From positions 1 through 64,000 of the forward strand of contig CAWKHF010000007.1 of NCBI GenBank assembly GCA_963849325.1: a stretch of 64,000 nucleotides of DNA. The letters run 5' to 3'. The stretch comes from an uncultured Planctomycetota bacterium (lineage in GTDB: Bacteria; Planctomycetota; Planctomycetia; Gemmatales; Gemmataceae). The number at the start of each line of letters is the position of its first letter. The first letter of the stretch is position 1. The position numbers and the translations under genes were made by a program. This document shows positions 52,113 to 62,457 of the stretch, one piece after another. The notes below the pieces were generated by a model that saw only the letters and a program-made list of their open reading frames with translations, had not been told where the DNA came from and searched no databases.

Positions 52113-52916
52113 TCATTCCTTCGTGCCCAGATACTTTTTCAGCAGCGCCAACTCCTGCTTGGCCAGCTGCCGGCGCTCCGGGAGGTCTTTTGTCTCATAC
52201 TCGCCGTGGACGCTGACCGTGCCGGTGAACTTGCACGCGCGCACCGCCTCGCCGACTTCGTTCCAGCGGACGATGCCGTCGCCGGCCGGTACAACGTGAT
52301 ACTGCCAACCCTCGTCCTTCTTCTGCCACCGCATGTCCTTGATGGCCACCAGCGACAACCAGGACCGCACGATGTCGAGTTCCATGCGGATCGGCCCGCC
52401 GTTGACGGCAGTGTGGCCGGTGTCCACGAAGGCGCCAACGTGGTGCGGGTCGAGGTCTTGCAGCAGCAGCCGCAGTCCGGCGGCGTTGTTGCCGAGATAG
52501 CTGCCAGAATGGGTGTGGTAGCAGGCCCGTACCTTCGTCTGTTCGGCCAGCCGAGCGAAGCCACTCAGCCGGCCGCGGGCGTCCTGCAAGCACCCCTCGA
52601 ACGGCATCTTGTAGGGAAAATAACCGATCTTCACGGCCGGCACCTCCGCCTTCGCACAGGCCGCGAAGAGGGTGCGGGCGGTCGGGCTGCTAGGGTCGTT
52701 GAGGTTGGTCGCCGTGCTGACCAGGCCGATGGTCAGCCCCTCGTCGCGGAGTGCCTTCGCCGCCGCCGGCAGGGCCGTGGCGACATTCTCCGGGTTGACG
52801 GGATGGCCGGGACGCACGGCCAGATCGACGCCGTCCAAACCCACTTCCTTGCAGAAGGCGATCAAGTCCTTAACGTCGAGCGATTGCAGCGTCTTGGTGA
52901 AATAGACGTAGCGCAT
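52113..52916 (-). CDS. Sugar phosphate isomerase/epimerase (xylose-isomerase-like TIM barrel)
   Basis: GVDLAVRPG, YHTHSG, DTGH, AIKD, SVHGEY. Confidence 0.9.
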   Translation of the reverse strand: MRYVYFTKTLQSLDVKDLIAFCKEVGLDGVDLAVRPGHPVNPENVATALPAAAKALRDEGLTIGLVSTATNLNDPSSPTARTLFAACAKAEVPAVKIGYFPYKMPFEGCLQDARGRLSGFARLAEQTKVRACYHTHSGSYLGNNAAGLRLLLQDLDPHHVGAFVDTGHTAVNGGPIRMELDIVRSWLSLVAIKDMRWQKKDEGWQYHVVPAGDGIVRWNEVGEAVRACKFTGTVSVHGEYETKDLPERRQLAKQELALLKKYLGTKE

Positions 52917-52929
52917 GACTTTCTCTCTC

Positions 52930-54738
52930 TCAAGGCAACTTGATGGGCATCGCCATCTCCACGCGCGCCTGTAGCTGCGCGACGGCGGCGGGGATGCGGC
53001 GCAGGGCCAGTTGCAGCCGCTCGAACTCCGACCCGCCGGTGGCTGGCCACTGTGTCAGCCACTCCGCCAGCGGCGCCGCCAGGTGTTGTTTCATCAGCGC
53101 TTGCTGGCGCTGGCGCGTCTGCTCGCGCTGGGTATCGACCACCTGTTTGCCGAGCAGCTCGACGAGTTGGTGCGTCAGCGAGGCGACCAGCGGCACGAGG
53201 ATGAAGTCGTGCCAGGTGATGCCGCCAGCGGCCAGAGTGCCGGCGATGGCGGCCAGGTCCAGGGCGAACTTGCCGCCGCGCAGGGTATTCAGCACCGCCG
53301 GCGTCTTTTCCAGTTGCTCGTAAATCGCTCGTGCCGTGCGGTCCACCTCGCTCGCCAGGCCGGTCTGGAAATTACGGTAGTCCTGCCCGAAACGCTCGCG
53401 GATGCGCTCGGCCAGTCCGCCGCCGTGGAAGCCCTCGGCCACGTGCGCCCACAGGGCATGTTCGTCGCCCTGCCGCGCCGCTTCCTTGCGCAAGAGATCA
53501 ATCCAGCCATTCAACGCATCTTCGAGGATGGGCAGCTCGGGACGGCTCGGCGCATCGGGCCGGCTGATCGCCTTGCCGACCAGTCCCTTGAGCAGCCGAT
53601 ACGGCGTGCGCAGGACGTACAGGGTGCCGCTGAGCACCTTGCCGATGCCGGGCAGTTCCAGCAGTTCCATCAAGCGTACCAGGGCCTCGTCAAAGCCGCG
53701 AAACTTCTCGCTGGTCAGGTACTCGCGGAAGTAGCGCTGCTCGAACTCGGCCTGTCCGGCGAGGACAACGGCCTGCCAGCTCTGCATGGCGCGGAGGTCT
53801 TGCTGCGCGACCGACAGCAGCTGTTCGCAGTGGCGGACGAGGTATTGCGTGGCGCCGACGACGCTGCGGCGCCGCGCCGCCGCGGGCGGCATGCCGAGGA
53901 CGGCGACCTGGTTCAGCAACGGGATGCGATAGCGCGCGGCCTGGCGCGCCGGGTCGGCGAGCTGGGCCGCCGTCAGGAACGGGATGGCCAGCGTGCTGAC
54001 AACGCCGCCGCCGGGCGCGTGCGGCAGGTGGCCGACCACTTCTTTCTGAAAATGAGCGATCAGCGCCGGGGCGTCGGCGTCGCGCATTTTCATGAGGCAG
54101 ACGACGACGGGCTTGCCGGTTTGCAGCAGCAGGTGCAAAAACTGCGTCGGCACCTCATCGTTGTAGCGCTCGTCGGAGGCGACGTAGACGAGGATGTCGG
54201 CCAGGGCCGCCGCCTCCATCAGACGCGGGATGTAGCCGCCCGCCGCCCACGTCGTCATGTCGGGGCAGTCCCAGACGACGAAATCCTTGAGCAGGTCGAA
54301 GCTGGCCGCGTCGGCCGGCACGCGGCGCACCTGGTAAACGTCCTCGTCGAGACTCGACGGGCTGGGCTGCGTCAGGGGTTGCAGCGGCCCGAGGAAGCCG
54401 AGATGTCCGGCCCAGTTGAGGGGACCGTTGGCGCTGGTGTAAGCGATGGGATGGCGAGTAAAGCCGGCCTGCGGGTTGGCCTCGGCGGCGCTGGCGCCGC
54501 TGAGGAGGTTGGCGACGGTGCTCTTGCCGGCGCCGGCGCCGCCGACGACGACGACGTGCAGCGGCACGGGCGGCTGATCGTCGAGCAGGGGACCGATGCA
54601 GTTGCGCACCAGCGCCGCCGCCAGGCGTAGGCGACCCGCCGCGCGCGCCTGCTCGGGCTGCTTGCGGCTGTGCTGCTCCAGCCAGCCGAAGTCGTCGGCC
54701 AGCTGACCCGTCAGCGCTCGCGCCGTCAATGTATCCAT
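52930..54738 (-). CDS. Dynamin-like/P-loop GTPase with long helical C-terminus
   Basis: GGAGAGKST, GFTR, WDCPD; helical stalk with a hydrophobic hairpin near the C-terminus. Confidence 0.8.
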   Translation of the reverse strand: MDTLTARALTGQLADDFGWLEQHSRKQPEQARAAGRLRLAAALVRNCIGPLLDDQPPVPLHVVVVGGAGAGKSTVANLLSGASAAEANPQAGFTRHPIAYTSANGPLNWAGHLGFLGPLQPLTQPSPSSLDEDVYQVRRVPADAASFDLLKDFVVWDCPDMTTWAAGGYIPRLMEAAALADILVYVASDERYNDEVPTQFLHLLLQTGKPVVVCLMKMRDADAPALIAHFQKEVVGHLPHAPGGGVVSTLAIPFLTAAQLADPARQAARYRIPLLNQVAVLGMPPAAARRRSVVGATQYLVRHCEQLLSVAQQDLRAMQSWQAVVLAGQAEFEQRYFREYLTSEKFRGFDEALVRLMELLELPGIGKVLSGTLYVLRTPYRLLKGLVGKAISRPDAPSRPELPILEDALNGWIDLLRKEAARQGDEHALWAHVAEGFHGGGLAERIRERFGQDYRNFQTGLASEVDRTARAIYEQLEKTPAVLNTLRGGKFALDLAAIAGTLAAGGITWHDFILVPLVASLTHQLVELLGKQVVDTQREQTRQRQQALMKQHLAAPLAEWLTQWPATGGSEFERLQLALRRIPAAVAQLQARVEMAMPIKLP

Positions 54739-54811
54739 GTCCGCCCCTCCGGGAGCCGCATGCGACCCTCTGGCAGATTTTACCTCAAGCGGCCCCGGAT
54801 CGGAATGCTGT

Positions 54812-55921
54812 CTAGGTGGATGGGGTAGCCGGACGGTCGAGACGGAAGTCCTCCAGCGGTATCGTCGGCTTCTCTCCGAGAAGCGTTTCCTTCATCACCA
54901 GCGCCGTCGCCGGAGAAAGCTGAATGCCGGAGCGGAAGTGGCCGGCGGCAAGGAAGAGATTGTCCGTACCCGGAACGGCGCCCAGGTAGGGCTTGCCATC
55001 GGGACTGCCGGGGCGCAGGCCGGCCCAGCAGCGCTCGACAGTGGCGCCGGCCAGGGCGGGGACGAACGCGGCGGCCAGCGCCAGCAAATCGGCGATAACT
55101 CCCGCCGTCGGACGCGCGTCGAAGCCGGCGTCCTCCTCGGTGGAGCCGACCAGGATGCGACCGTCACCGCGCGGCACGAGGTAACGCTTACCGTGCAACA
55201 GCAACGGCCGGACCTCGGGCGTACCCGTGTTCAAGAGGGCGATCTGGCCGCGCACCGGCCGGATACCGGGACGCCAGCCGAGCGGCCCCAACAGCGAATC
55301 GGTCCAGGCGCCCGTGGCGATCAGGAACCGGCCGGCCGTGAGCCGTCCCTGGTCCGTCTCCACCGCCTCGATCCGGTCGCCCTTCCGCACCAGACTGCGA
55401 GCCGGACAGTTGGGCCGCAGTCGCACTCCGCGTTTTTCACATGCCGCCTGGAGCGCTTTGACGTGCCGCGGATTGCGGACTTGCGCCATTTCCGGCAAGA
55501 AGTACGCTCGCTCCACGTTCGCGGCGAGGTCCGGCTGGCGGCGGCGCAACTCGTCGCCGGTCCACTCCTCGAAGGCAATGCCCTCGCCGCGCCACTCGTC
55601 GGAGGAACGGTCGTCCGCACGGGTGAACAACTCCAGGCCGCCGCAGACGAAATAGCCGTTGTCGATGCCCGTCTGCTCGCGGAGGCTTTGCGACAGGGCT
55701 GGATACAGGGTCCAGCTGCGCCAACGGAGCTGATCGTAGGCCGTGCGGGCATAAGCCGGATCGACGGGGGAGAGGATGCCGGCGCCGGCCCAGGAAGCCT
55801 GCCGGCCGAAGTCGCCCTTGTCCACGATCATCGTTCGCACGCCGGTTTCAGCCAGGAACCAGGCCGTGCTCAAGCCGATGACGCCGCCGCCGAGGACCAA
55901 CACGTCGGGATGCTCTGCCAT
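54812..55921 (-). CDS. thiO: Glycine oxidase ThiO / FAD-dependent oxidoreductase
   Basis: GGGVIG, ASWAGAGIL, PVRGQ, WAGLRPG, GHFRSGI. Confidence 0.88.
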   Translation of the reverse strand: MAEHPDVLVLGGGVIGLSTAWFLAETGVRTMIVDKGDFGRQASWAGAGILSPVDPAYARTAYDQLRWRSWTLYPALSQSLREQTGIDNGYFVCGGLELFTRADDRSSDEWRGEGIAFEEWTGDELRRRQPDLAANVERAYFLPEMAQVRNPRHVKALQAACEKRGVRLRPNCPARSLVRKGDRIEAVETDQGRLTAGRFLIATGAWTDSLLGPLGWRPGIRPVRGQIALLNTGTPEVRPLLLHGKRYLVPRGDGRILVGSTEEDAGFDARPTAGVIADLLALAAAFVPALAGATVERCWAGLRPGSPDGKPYLGAVPGTDNLFLAAGHFRSGIQLSPATALVMKETLLGEKPTIPLEDFRLDRPATPST

Positions 55922-56077
55922 GCCGTTTGTTATAGCGAGGACACGGCTCGGCGAGGCCGGTAACAGGCACGAATCGCACTCGATGGACTTCCGCTACCGC
56001 ATTTCCGGCTTCCACCCAGGGAGATATGGTTTACATTGGATGCAACACGGCCTGGTCCTCCCAAGGAGATTGTTCGA

Positions 56078-58451
56078 GTGAAACCTCATTCCGTTCGGCT
56101 GATCGGACTTTTGTTGCTTGGCTCCTTGCTTGGCCTCGCCGGCCCCTTCCGGGCCGACCCGGCGCGGGCCCAAACCGACGCCACCGTCGATTTCACCCAA
56201 CCGCAGTCGCCTCCGAAGCCTGCTCCGAAAGGACTCCGGATCATCGATCAGGGCGCCAACGACCCGCGCCTCAAGGGTTACTTCACCCCGGAAGGCGTGA
56301 AGGTCGAAATCGTCGCCGAGGAGCCGGTCGTCGTCAACCCGGTCGGCATGACCTTTAGCGACGACGGTACGCCCTACGTCCTCGAATGGCGGCCCAGCCC
56401 GGGCGAGGAGGGACGCGAGACGCCGGAAACCTTCACCTACCGCGACGGCCGCAAACGCACCATCGCCACCATGAAAAAGAAGGTCAAGGACGTCGTCAAG
56501 ATCCTGCGCGACAGCAAGGGGAAGGGCGTCTACGACCAGTCGAAAGTCATCCTCGAAGACGAATTGCCGTCGAGCATTTTGCTGCACGAAGGCTGGATTT
56601 ACCTGTCCGGCGCGGCACGGTGCGCCGCTTCCGCCAGACGGAGCCGGGAGGCGAGTATAACGTCAAGGAGATCATCGCCCGTGGTTTCTGCGGCTTCCAT
56701 CACCAGCAGGTCTCGGGGCTGACGATCGGCAACGACGGTTGGCTGTACATCACCTCCGGCGACGACGACAATTACGTCGAGGGTTCCGACGGCAGCCGGG
56801 CGACGATCCTGCGCACCGGGGCCGTCTTCCGTTGCCGGCCGGACGGCTCTCGTCTGCACGCCTTCGCCCGGGGCTTCCACAATCCCTACCGCGACGTGGC
56901 CTTCGACGCCTGGGGCAATATGTTTCACGCCGACAACGATATCAAGGACGGCAGCAAATTCATAGGCTGTCGGCTGATGCACGTCGCCGAGGGCTGCGAT
57001 TTCGGTTGGCGTCTCCGCCCGGGTGTGCGCTGCTGCCAGCCGGACAACCTGCGCGGCGCCGTCCACGGCGAACTGCCCGGCAAGATGCCGCCGCTGCTCA
57101 AGACCGGCCGCGGCGCGCCGGCCGGACTGCTCATCTACAACGACAGCCGATTCCCCGAGAATTACCGCGGCCTGCTCTACTATCCCGACGTCGTCCGCAA
57201 GCTGATCCGCGCCTACCGGGTCGAGCCGCGCGGCGCGACCTTCGCCGTCACCGAGGAATTCGCGTTTCTCCAGAGCGACGACCCACTGTTTCGGCCCTGC
57301 CAGATGGTAACCGGGCCGGACGGGGCCATGTACGTCGTGGACTGGCGCACCGACTCGGGCGGCGCCGGCCGCCTCTCCGGCGACGGCGTACACGGTCGCA
57401 TCTATCGCATTTCCTGGGCCGGCGCCAAGGACCAGCCGGCCCGGCCGCTTCGGCCGATGGATAGCTGGAGGAAGGTCGTTCGGCTCTCCGACGACGACCT
57501 GCTCAAGGTGCTGACCGGCGAAGAGTCCAGCGATCGCAGCCATGCGCAACGAGAGCTGGTCCGTCGCGGCGCGCGAAACCTCGCCGCCCTGCTCCGGCTG
57601 CTCCGCGACGTCGAGCAGCCGCTGACCGCCCGCATTTCCGCCCTGGGTATTCTCGAATCGTTCTGGAATGGCGACGTGCAGACGGCGTTTCAAGAAGTGC
57701 TGGCCAACGACGAAGGTCCGCTACGTCGGCTGGCGGCCGAGGGGCTGGGACGGGGCGCGGTGCGCGGCGACGCGCAGGTCCACGACGCCCTGCTGAGGGC
57801 CCTCAACGACAACGACCCGTCCGTCCAGCGCGCGGCCGCCCTCGCCATGGGGCGCGTCGCCGCTCCGGCGCCGCCGACGCCCTGGTCAACACGCTGGCCT
57901 TCGACGACAGCCAGGATGTGTATTGGCGCGATGGCATCGTTCGCGCCATCGAGGCGCTGGGAAAGCCGGGGATTGATCGCTTGCTCGCCCTGGCCGAGTC
58001 CGGCGTCCGCAAGGACACCGACAACGTCGTACACACGTTCGCCATGCTGCGCACGCGGGCGGGTTACGAGGGATTGCCGGCCCTGTTGAAGTATCCGCAT
58101 TTGCAGGTGCCGCAGCGGGTCCAGTTGGTCCGCTCCTTCGGCAATTACTTGCTCGATCCGCCCATCTCCCTGGAGCCGATGATCGACTACTTGAATACGA
58201 AGGCGGGTGAACCCATCGAGGTGAAGCGGGCAGGCGTGGAAGTGCTGTCCGCCGGAGGTACGATCGCGGGCCGCAAGGCCGAGGACTGGCTGCTGGGTCT
58301 GCTGCCGTGGGCCGAGCACGCCGCCAAGGCCGGGACGATCTCGGCCGCGGAATCCACTCGCCTCCGCCGCGACGCCAGCGCGGCCATCGATCAGCTGCGC
58401 AAGGATCGCAAAACACAGGAATCGCTGCGCGGCCTCAAGACGAGCCACTAA
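56078..58451 (+). CDS. PVC-type membrane-bound dehydrogenase-like beta-propeller plus HEAT repeats (frameshifted)
   Basis: EEPVVVNPVGM, DGWLY, GAVFRCRPDGS, FRPC...GPDGAMYVVDW, GRIYRI, then HEAT helices. Confidence 0.85.
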
Positions 58452-58549
58452 GAGGCGCAAACTTTTGGCCTACTGGCCCACAGCGTCCGCGATGGTCGTT
58501 TTCACCTGTCGCGGACGCTCCGGACGGATGGTTCGTTCTGTCAGCTTCC

Positions 58550-58771
58550 TCAGGGCATCACGCCGCCGTGGACGCGCTCGGGCGTCAGGTGCGAGGGCAT
58601 GTCGATCATCCAGATGCGTTCCCACTCGTATTCGACCTGCCGAAGGTCTTCCGACTGGTTAAGCAGTTCGAGGATACGGCGGTTGGGGTCGGACGAGTAA
58701 ATGTTGATGAAGCAGCCCGTCTGACTGAGGACGAGTCCGGACACCGCGACCAAGAGCAGCAGCCGCCGCAT
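58550..58771 (-). CDS. Small conserved lipoprotein
   Basis: MRRLLLLVAVSGLVLSQTGC...YSSDPNRR...SEDLRQ...WERIW...PSHLTPERVHGG; GGAGG RBS. Confidence 0.85.
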   Translation of the reverse strand: MRRLLLLVAVSGLVLSQTGCFINIYSSDPNRRILELLNQSEDLRQVEYEWERIWMIDMPSHLTPERVHGGVMP

Positions 58772-58970
58772 GTCAACCTCCGGGGATCGAAAGAAGGGCC
58801 GTCGTGATCGCATGACGACTCCCGGCGGGAGACTCCCCGCGCCGGTCTCCCGCGAAGGAAGAAGGCGGGCGGAGGATACGATGCTCACGGATCAAACGGT
58901 CCCGAAGGTTGTATCGGTTGAAACGTCAAGGTACTTGAGACGGCTTGTTTCCGTCCTGCCGGCCAGAGCA

Positions 58971-59195
58971 GGGCCGTTCCATTATTCAAGCTGCGGCAAG
59001 CGGAGAAGGGTCAGGACTTTGTTGAAGCAGTGGCTCCTGGTCCGCAGAGCGGCAGCCAGGCTTGCTGTCGCGCTATCCAGCGGAGGGAGGATGCTATTGC
59101 GTAGCGCGGCCATCACCTGCGGCGCCGCCTCCCGGCCTACCCGACTCCCCTACTCCCCCACGTCGTTCCCACCAAGATCAACTCTGGAACGGCCC
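58971..59195 (-). ncRNA. Candidate rod-shaped structured RNA (6S-like?)
   Basis: 11-bp terminal complementarity plus five nested helices. Most plus-strand A-C mismatches become G-U pairs on the minus strand. Confidence 0.45.
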
Positions 59196-59201
59196 GGTGT
59201 T

Positions 59202-60500
59202 TCACGCACTCCGCCGCAGTCTTCGGAGTTCAACGTCGCGCACGGCGCGGCGACGCTCGGCGGCGGTCTGCTCGAACAGCGTGCGATACAGCGCCGCGTG
59301 CGTCTCGGTGAAGACGGCATGGCGGCGGCGCATGACCTCGGCGGCGGTTCGCAGCAGGGCGGCGAACTCGGCGCGGTCGGTCAACGCCTCGTTCCACCAG
59401 CTGGCGAAGGACGGGATGTATTTCGGCAGCAAGCCGCCGGGCAACAGGTTGCAGAAGACGCCGGCGTTGCTGCCGGTGTTCAGCAGGGTGCCGAGGCCGG
59501 TCTTGGTGTGGTCGCCGAGGAAACAGCCGACTTTCGTCAGTCCCGTGCCCACACGCCGGCCGTTGACCGTCATCGTGACCTCGCCGTAGTCGTTGCGCAG
59601 GTCGCTGTTCTGGGTGCCGGCGCCGAGGTTGACCCACTCGCCGACGTAGGCGTGGCCGAGGAAACCGTCGTGATACTTGTTGCTGTGGCCCTGGACGATA
59701 CTGCACTCGACCTCGCCGCCGATGCGGCAGTCGGGACCGAGTGTCGTGCCGCCGCGGATTTTCGCGCCATGAACCTGCGTCCGCGGGCCGATCGCGCATG
59801 GCCCTTCCAGGCGGGTGAACGCGGTGATGACCGCCTCGCGCTCGATGACGATGGGGCCGTTGGTCGCGTCGGCGACCACCATCGGATCGAGGCGGGCCGA
59901 CGGATGGATGACGACGTGCTCGCGCGAGCCGACGATGGCGAGGCCGGGTTGGCCGGCGCTGGCCGGCTCCGCCGCGAAGGGTGGGCCGACCGTCTGCCAG
60001 TCGGCCAGGATTTGTTCGCCGTTGTGATGGACTAGCTCCCACAGGTAGCGGAAGAGTCGGCCGCCCGCCGGACGCGGCGGCAGGGTCGCCTTCCAGGTGG
60101 CCAGGCAATCGTCGAGCGTGTTCGGCGAGCAATCGGCCAGCTGCTCTGGTCCCACGACCGCGAAGGCCACCTCGTCGTGTACCAGACCAACGCAAGGCTC
60201 TGACAATTCCGTTAATGGTAGCGGGATGCACGGCGGGAGCCAGCGGCCATTGACGAGGATGGTTGGGCCTGCCCGCAGCCAGGCGAGGTCGTTGACCGGC
60301 ACGGCCGTCGAGGTGAGCCGATACAGATCGGCCAGGGACGGCCGGACCAGGGCGCCGCGCGGCCCCGGCGGAAAGAATCGGCTCTGCTTGGCGGCCAGCG
60401 TGGTCAGCCCGCACAGCAACTCGAAAACGGGGCGGGTCAGACTCAGCGGTTCGAGATCGAGGGCGCCACGGTCTTCAAAGAGGCAAACGCGCATGACCAC
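59202..60500 (-). CDS. GlmU-related putative sugar nucleotidyltransferase with hexapeptide repeats
   Basis: LEPLSLTRPVFELLCG, LVNGRW, IGGEVECS, NKYHDGFLGHAYVGEWVNLGAGT. Confidence 0.9.
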   Translation of the reverse strand: MVMRVCLFEDRGALDLEPLSLTRPVFELLCGLTTLAAKQSRFFPPGPRGALVRPSLADLYRLTSTAVPVNDLAWLRAGPTILVNGRWLPPCIPLPLTELSEPCVGLVHDEVAFAVVGPEQLADCSPNTLDDCLATWKATLPPRPAGGRLFRYLWELVHHNGEQILADWQTVGPPFAAEPASAGQPGLAIVGSREHVVIHPSARLDPMVVADATNGPIVIEREAVITAFTRLEGPCAIGPRTQVHGAKIRGGTTLGPDCRIGGEVECSIVQGHSNKYHDGFLGHAYVGEWVNLGAGTQNSDLRNDYGEVTMTVNGRRVGTGLTKVGCFLGDHTKTGLGTLLNTGSNAGVFCNLLPGGLLPKYIPSFASWWNEALTDRAEFAALLRTAAEVMRRRHAVFTETHAALYRTLFEQTAAERRRAVRDVELRRLRRSA

Positions 60501-60556
60501 GTCCTTTCGGTCATCGGTGCCGGAAATGGGAAAATCACCATCCTGGTGAAAGGAAG

Positions 60557-60586
60557 ATTATACAGCGCATCCGGCGAGCCCGCCAA
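60557..60586 (-). promoter_or_regulatory. Putative sigma70 promoter of the GlmU-like gene
   Basis: TTGGCG, 18-bp spacer, TATAAT on the minus strand. Confidence 0.5.
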
Positions 60587-60746
60587 GAGCGAAGCAGGCA
60601 CGCTTGGACGAAAGCCTCTGGACTTTGTCACCCCTTTGCAGCAGACGAAGAGACCCAAGCGCCAGGAAGTAGGTGCCGTGAGCCGAGAGGCATACACTAC
60701 CCCGCTCGGCTTGCGGCATCTACCGCCGATCGAGACAGCCGGATCC

Positions 60747-62291
60747 TCAGCGAGCTTGCGGCTGCGCGACGGCCCGCTCGAAGGCCCGCCGTCCATCGCG
60801 GTACGCCTCGCGCCACGCCGGATTCGGCGCGACCGGCGTACGGAACTTGACCAACCGAGCCACGGCATCGGCCACGGTGTAGGGTGTATCGATGCCGCGG
60901 GCACGCCGCTGATAGGATTCGTAAGCGGCCAGGGCCGTCACGGCGGCGCCGAGGGCCGGACCTTCCGACGATTGCAGCCGCTCCAGCGGCCGATCCAGCA
61001 CCGTCGCCAGGATCTCGCACATCAACTCGCTCCGGGCGATGCCGCCGGAGACCGTGATGCGCGTGATCTTCTGGCCCGCCTCCTCGTGCTCGCGCACGCC
61101 CAGGGCGATCAGGTAGGCCAGCGCTTCCAGCGACGCCCGGAACTTCCGGCCCGGCTCCTTCGGCTCGGCCGGCAGCCATTCCAGCCGCGGCTTACCGACG
61201 CCCAGCGACGGCTCCGGCGCGGTGAACGGCAACACCGTCGTGTCCCCGGCGCCCGGCGGACAGGCGCGGGCCTCGCGCTCCAGCCGCTCCCAGTCCGGCC
61301 GTGGACCGAGGACGCGGTCGAGGAACTGGGCGCCGTTGTTGTAGCAGCGCATCCACAGGTACGGACCCCAGTTCAGGCGCATGGCGTCGAGCGTGCCGGA
61401 CGAGGGCAGCCGGTTCGACGAGGAATTGACGACGGCCGAATTGCCGAGGATGACCGCCATCTGACCGGCATCGACGGCGCCGCCGCCGACCAGGCCGGCC
61501 GCCTGGTCGTCCGAGGTGGGGAAGATCAGCGGTCCCTTTTTGTTGCGGCCGATACGGGCGAACCGCTTCGCCGACAGCATCAGCTCGCCCAGCGGCTCGG
61601 CGGCATCCACGATGGGCGGCAGGTGCTTCCAGGCCAATTGACGTACTTTCGGGTCTTGCAAGGCACCGAGCATGAAGCGCGACCATTTGCAGGTGCGCAG
61701 GTTCATGATGCCGGTCGAGGCCGCCGCCGACACACTGACGGCGTCGAAATTGCCCGTCAGAAAGCCGGCCGCCAGCGGACCGTGCGGCAGCAGACGCCGC
61801 GTTTGCCGCCAACCCTCCAGCGGCAGACATTCCTCGTCCTTGACCAGGTGGCTGAGAGTGTAGCGAATGGCCCACGGGCCGCCGATGGCCTGGACGACCT
61901 TCGACTGTCCGCCGAGCCGTTCCAGGCCGCGAGCGTGATACGGCGCCAGACTGTGGTCGTTCCAGCAGATGGCCCGCCGTACCTGCACGTTGTCGGCGTC
62001 GATGCGTCCGGCCGTGTGGTGCGTCGCCGAGATGCCGCCCGCCACCCAGCGCGCCGCCCCCTCCGGCCCGAGTTGTCCCCCCAGCACGCGCAGGCTGGCC
62101 ATCGCCTGCCCTTCCAGCTGCATCAGGTTCAACTCCGATACGCCGCCCTCGGTCCACAGGTCGGTCGGCAGACGCACCTCGGCGACCTTGTTGCCGTCGA
62201 GGTCGAAGGCCAGGCACTTGACGGCGCCGGTGCTGAAGTCCCAGCCCGCCACGAGGCGATTGGCGTGTACACAGCGAAGCGGCTCGGCCAC
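60747..62291 (-). CDS. FGGY-family carbohydrate kinase (xylulokinase-like)
   Basis: GWDFSTGAVK, AICWND, DDQAAG, ILGNS, VSGGIARS, ALGAA. Confidence 0.9.
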   Translation of the reverse strand: MAEPLRCVHANRLVAGWDFSTGAVKCLAFDLDGNKVAEVRLPTDLWTEGGVSELNLMQLEGQAMASLRVLGGQLGPEGAARWVAGGISATHHTAGRIDADNVQVRRAICWNDHSLAPYHARGLERLGGQSKVVQAIGGPWAIRYTLSHLVKDEECLPLEGWRQTRRLLPHGPLAAGFLTGNFDAVSVSAAASTGIMNLRTCKWSRFMLGALQDPKVRQLAWKHLPPIVDAAEPLGELMLSAKRFARIGRNKKGPLIFPTSDDQAAGLVGGGAVDAGQMAVILGNSAVVNSSSNRLPSSGTLDAMRLNWGPYLWMRCYNNGAQFLDRVLGPRPDWERLEREARACPPGAGDTTVLPFTAPEPSLGVGKPRLEWLPAEPKEPGRKFRASLEALAYLIALGVREHEEAGQKITRITVSGGIARSELMCEILATVLDRPLERLQSSEGPALGAAVTALAAYESYQRRARGIDTPYTVADAVARLVKFRTPVAPNPAWREAYRDGRRAFERAVAQPQAR

Positions 62292-62457
62292 GGCTCGTTT
62301 CTCCCGATGACTCCGCGGAGGCGAATGGTCCCGATGGGCGTTGGTATATCCCGAGCGGAGACGGTTCGCCAGCAGGGCCGTACAATGATCGCGGCACGAC
62401 CGGCGCCGCTGGACCGGCCCGGATTTCCCTTTTCGCTTCCGGAAGAAAGGATTGAGC

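Noticed and set aside
59006-59032. GGTCAGG...GAAGCAG resembling SRP RNA helix 8
   Set aside because: No GNRA tetraloop, and the closing stem does not pair.
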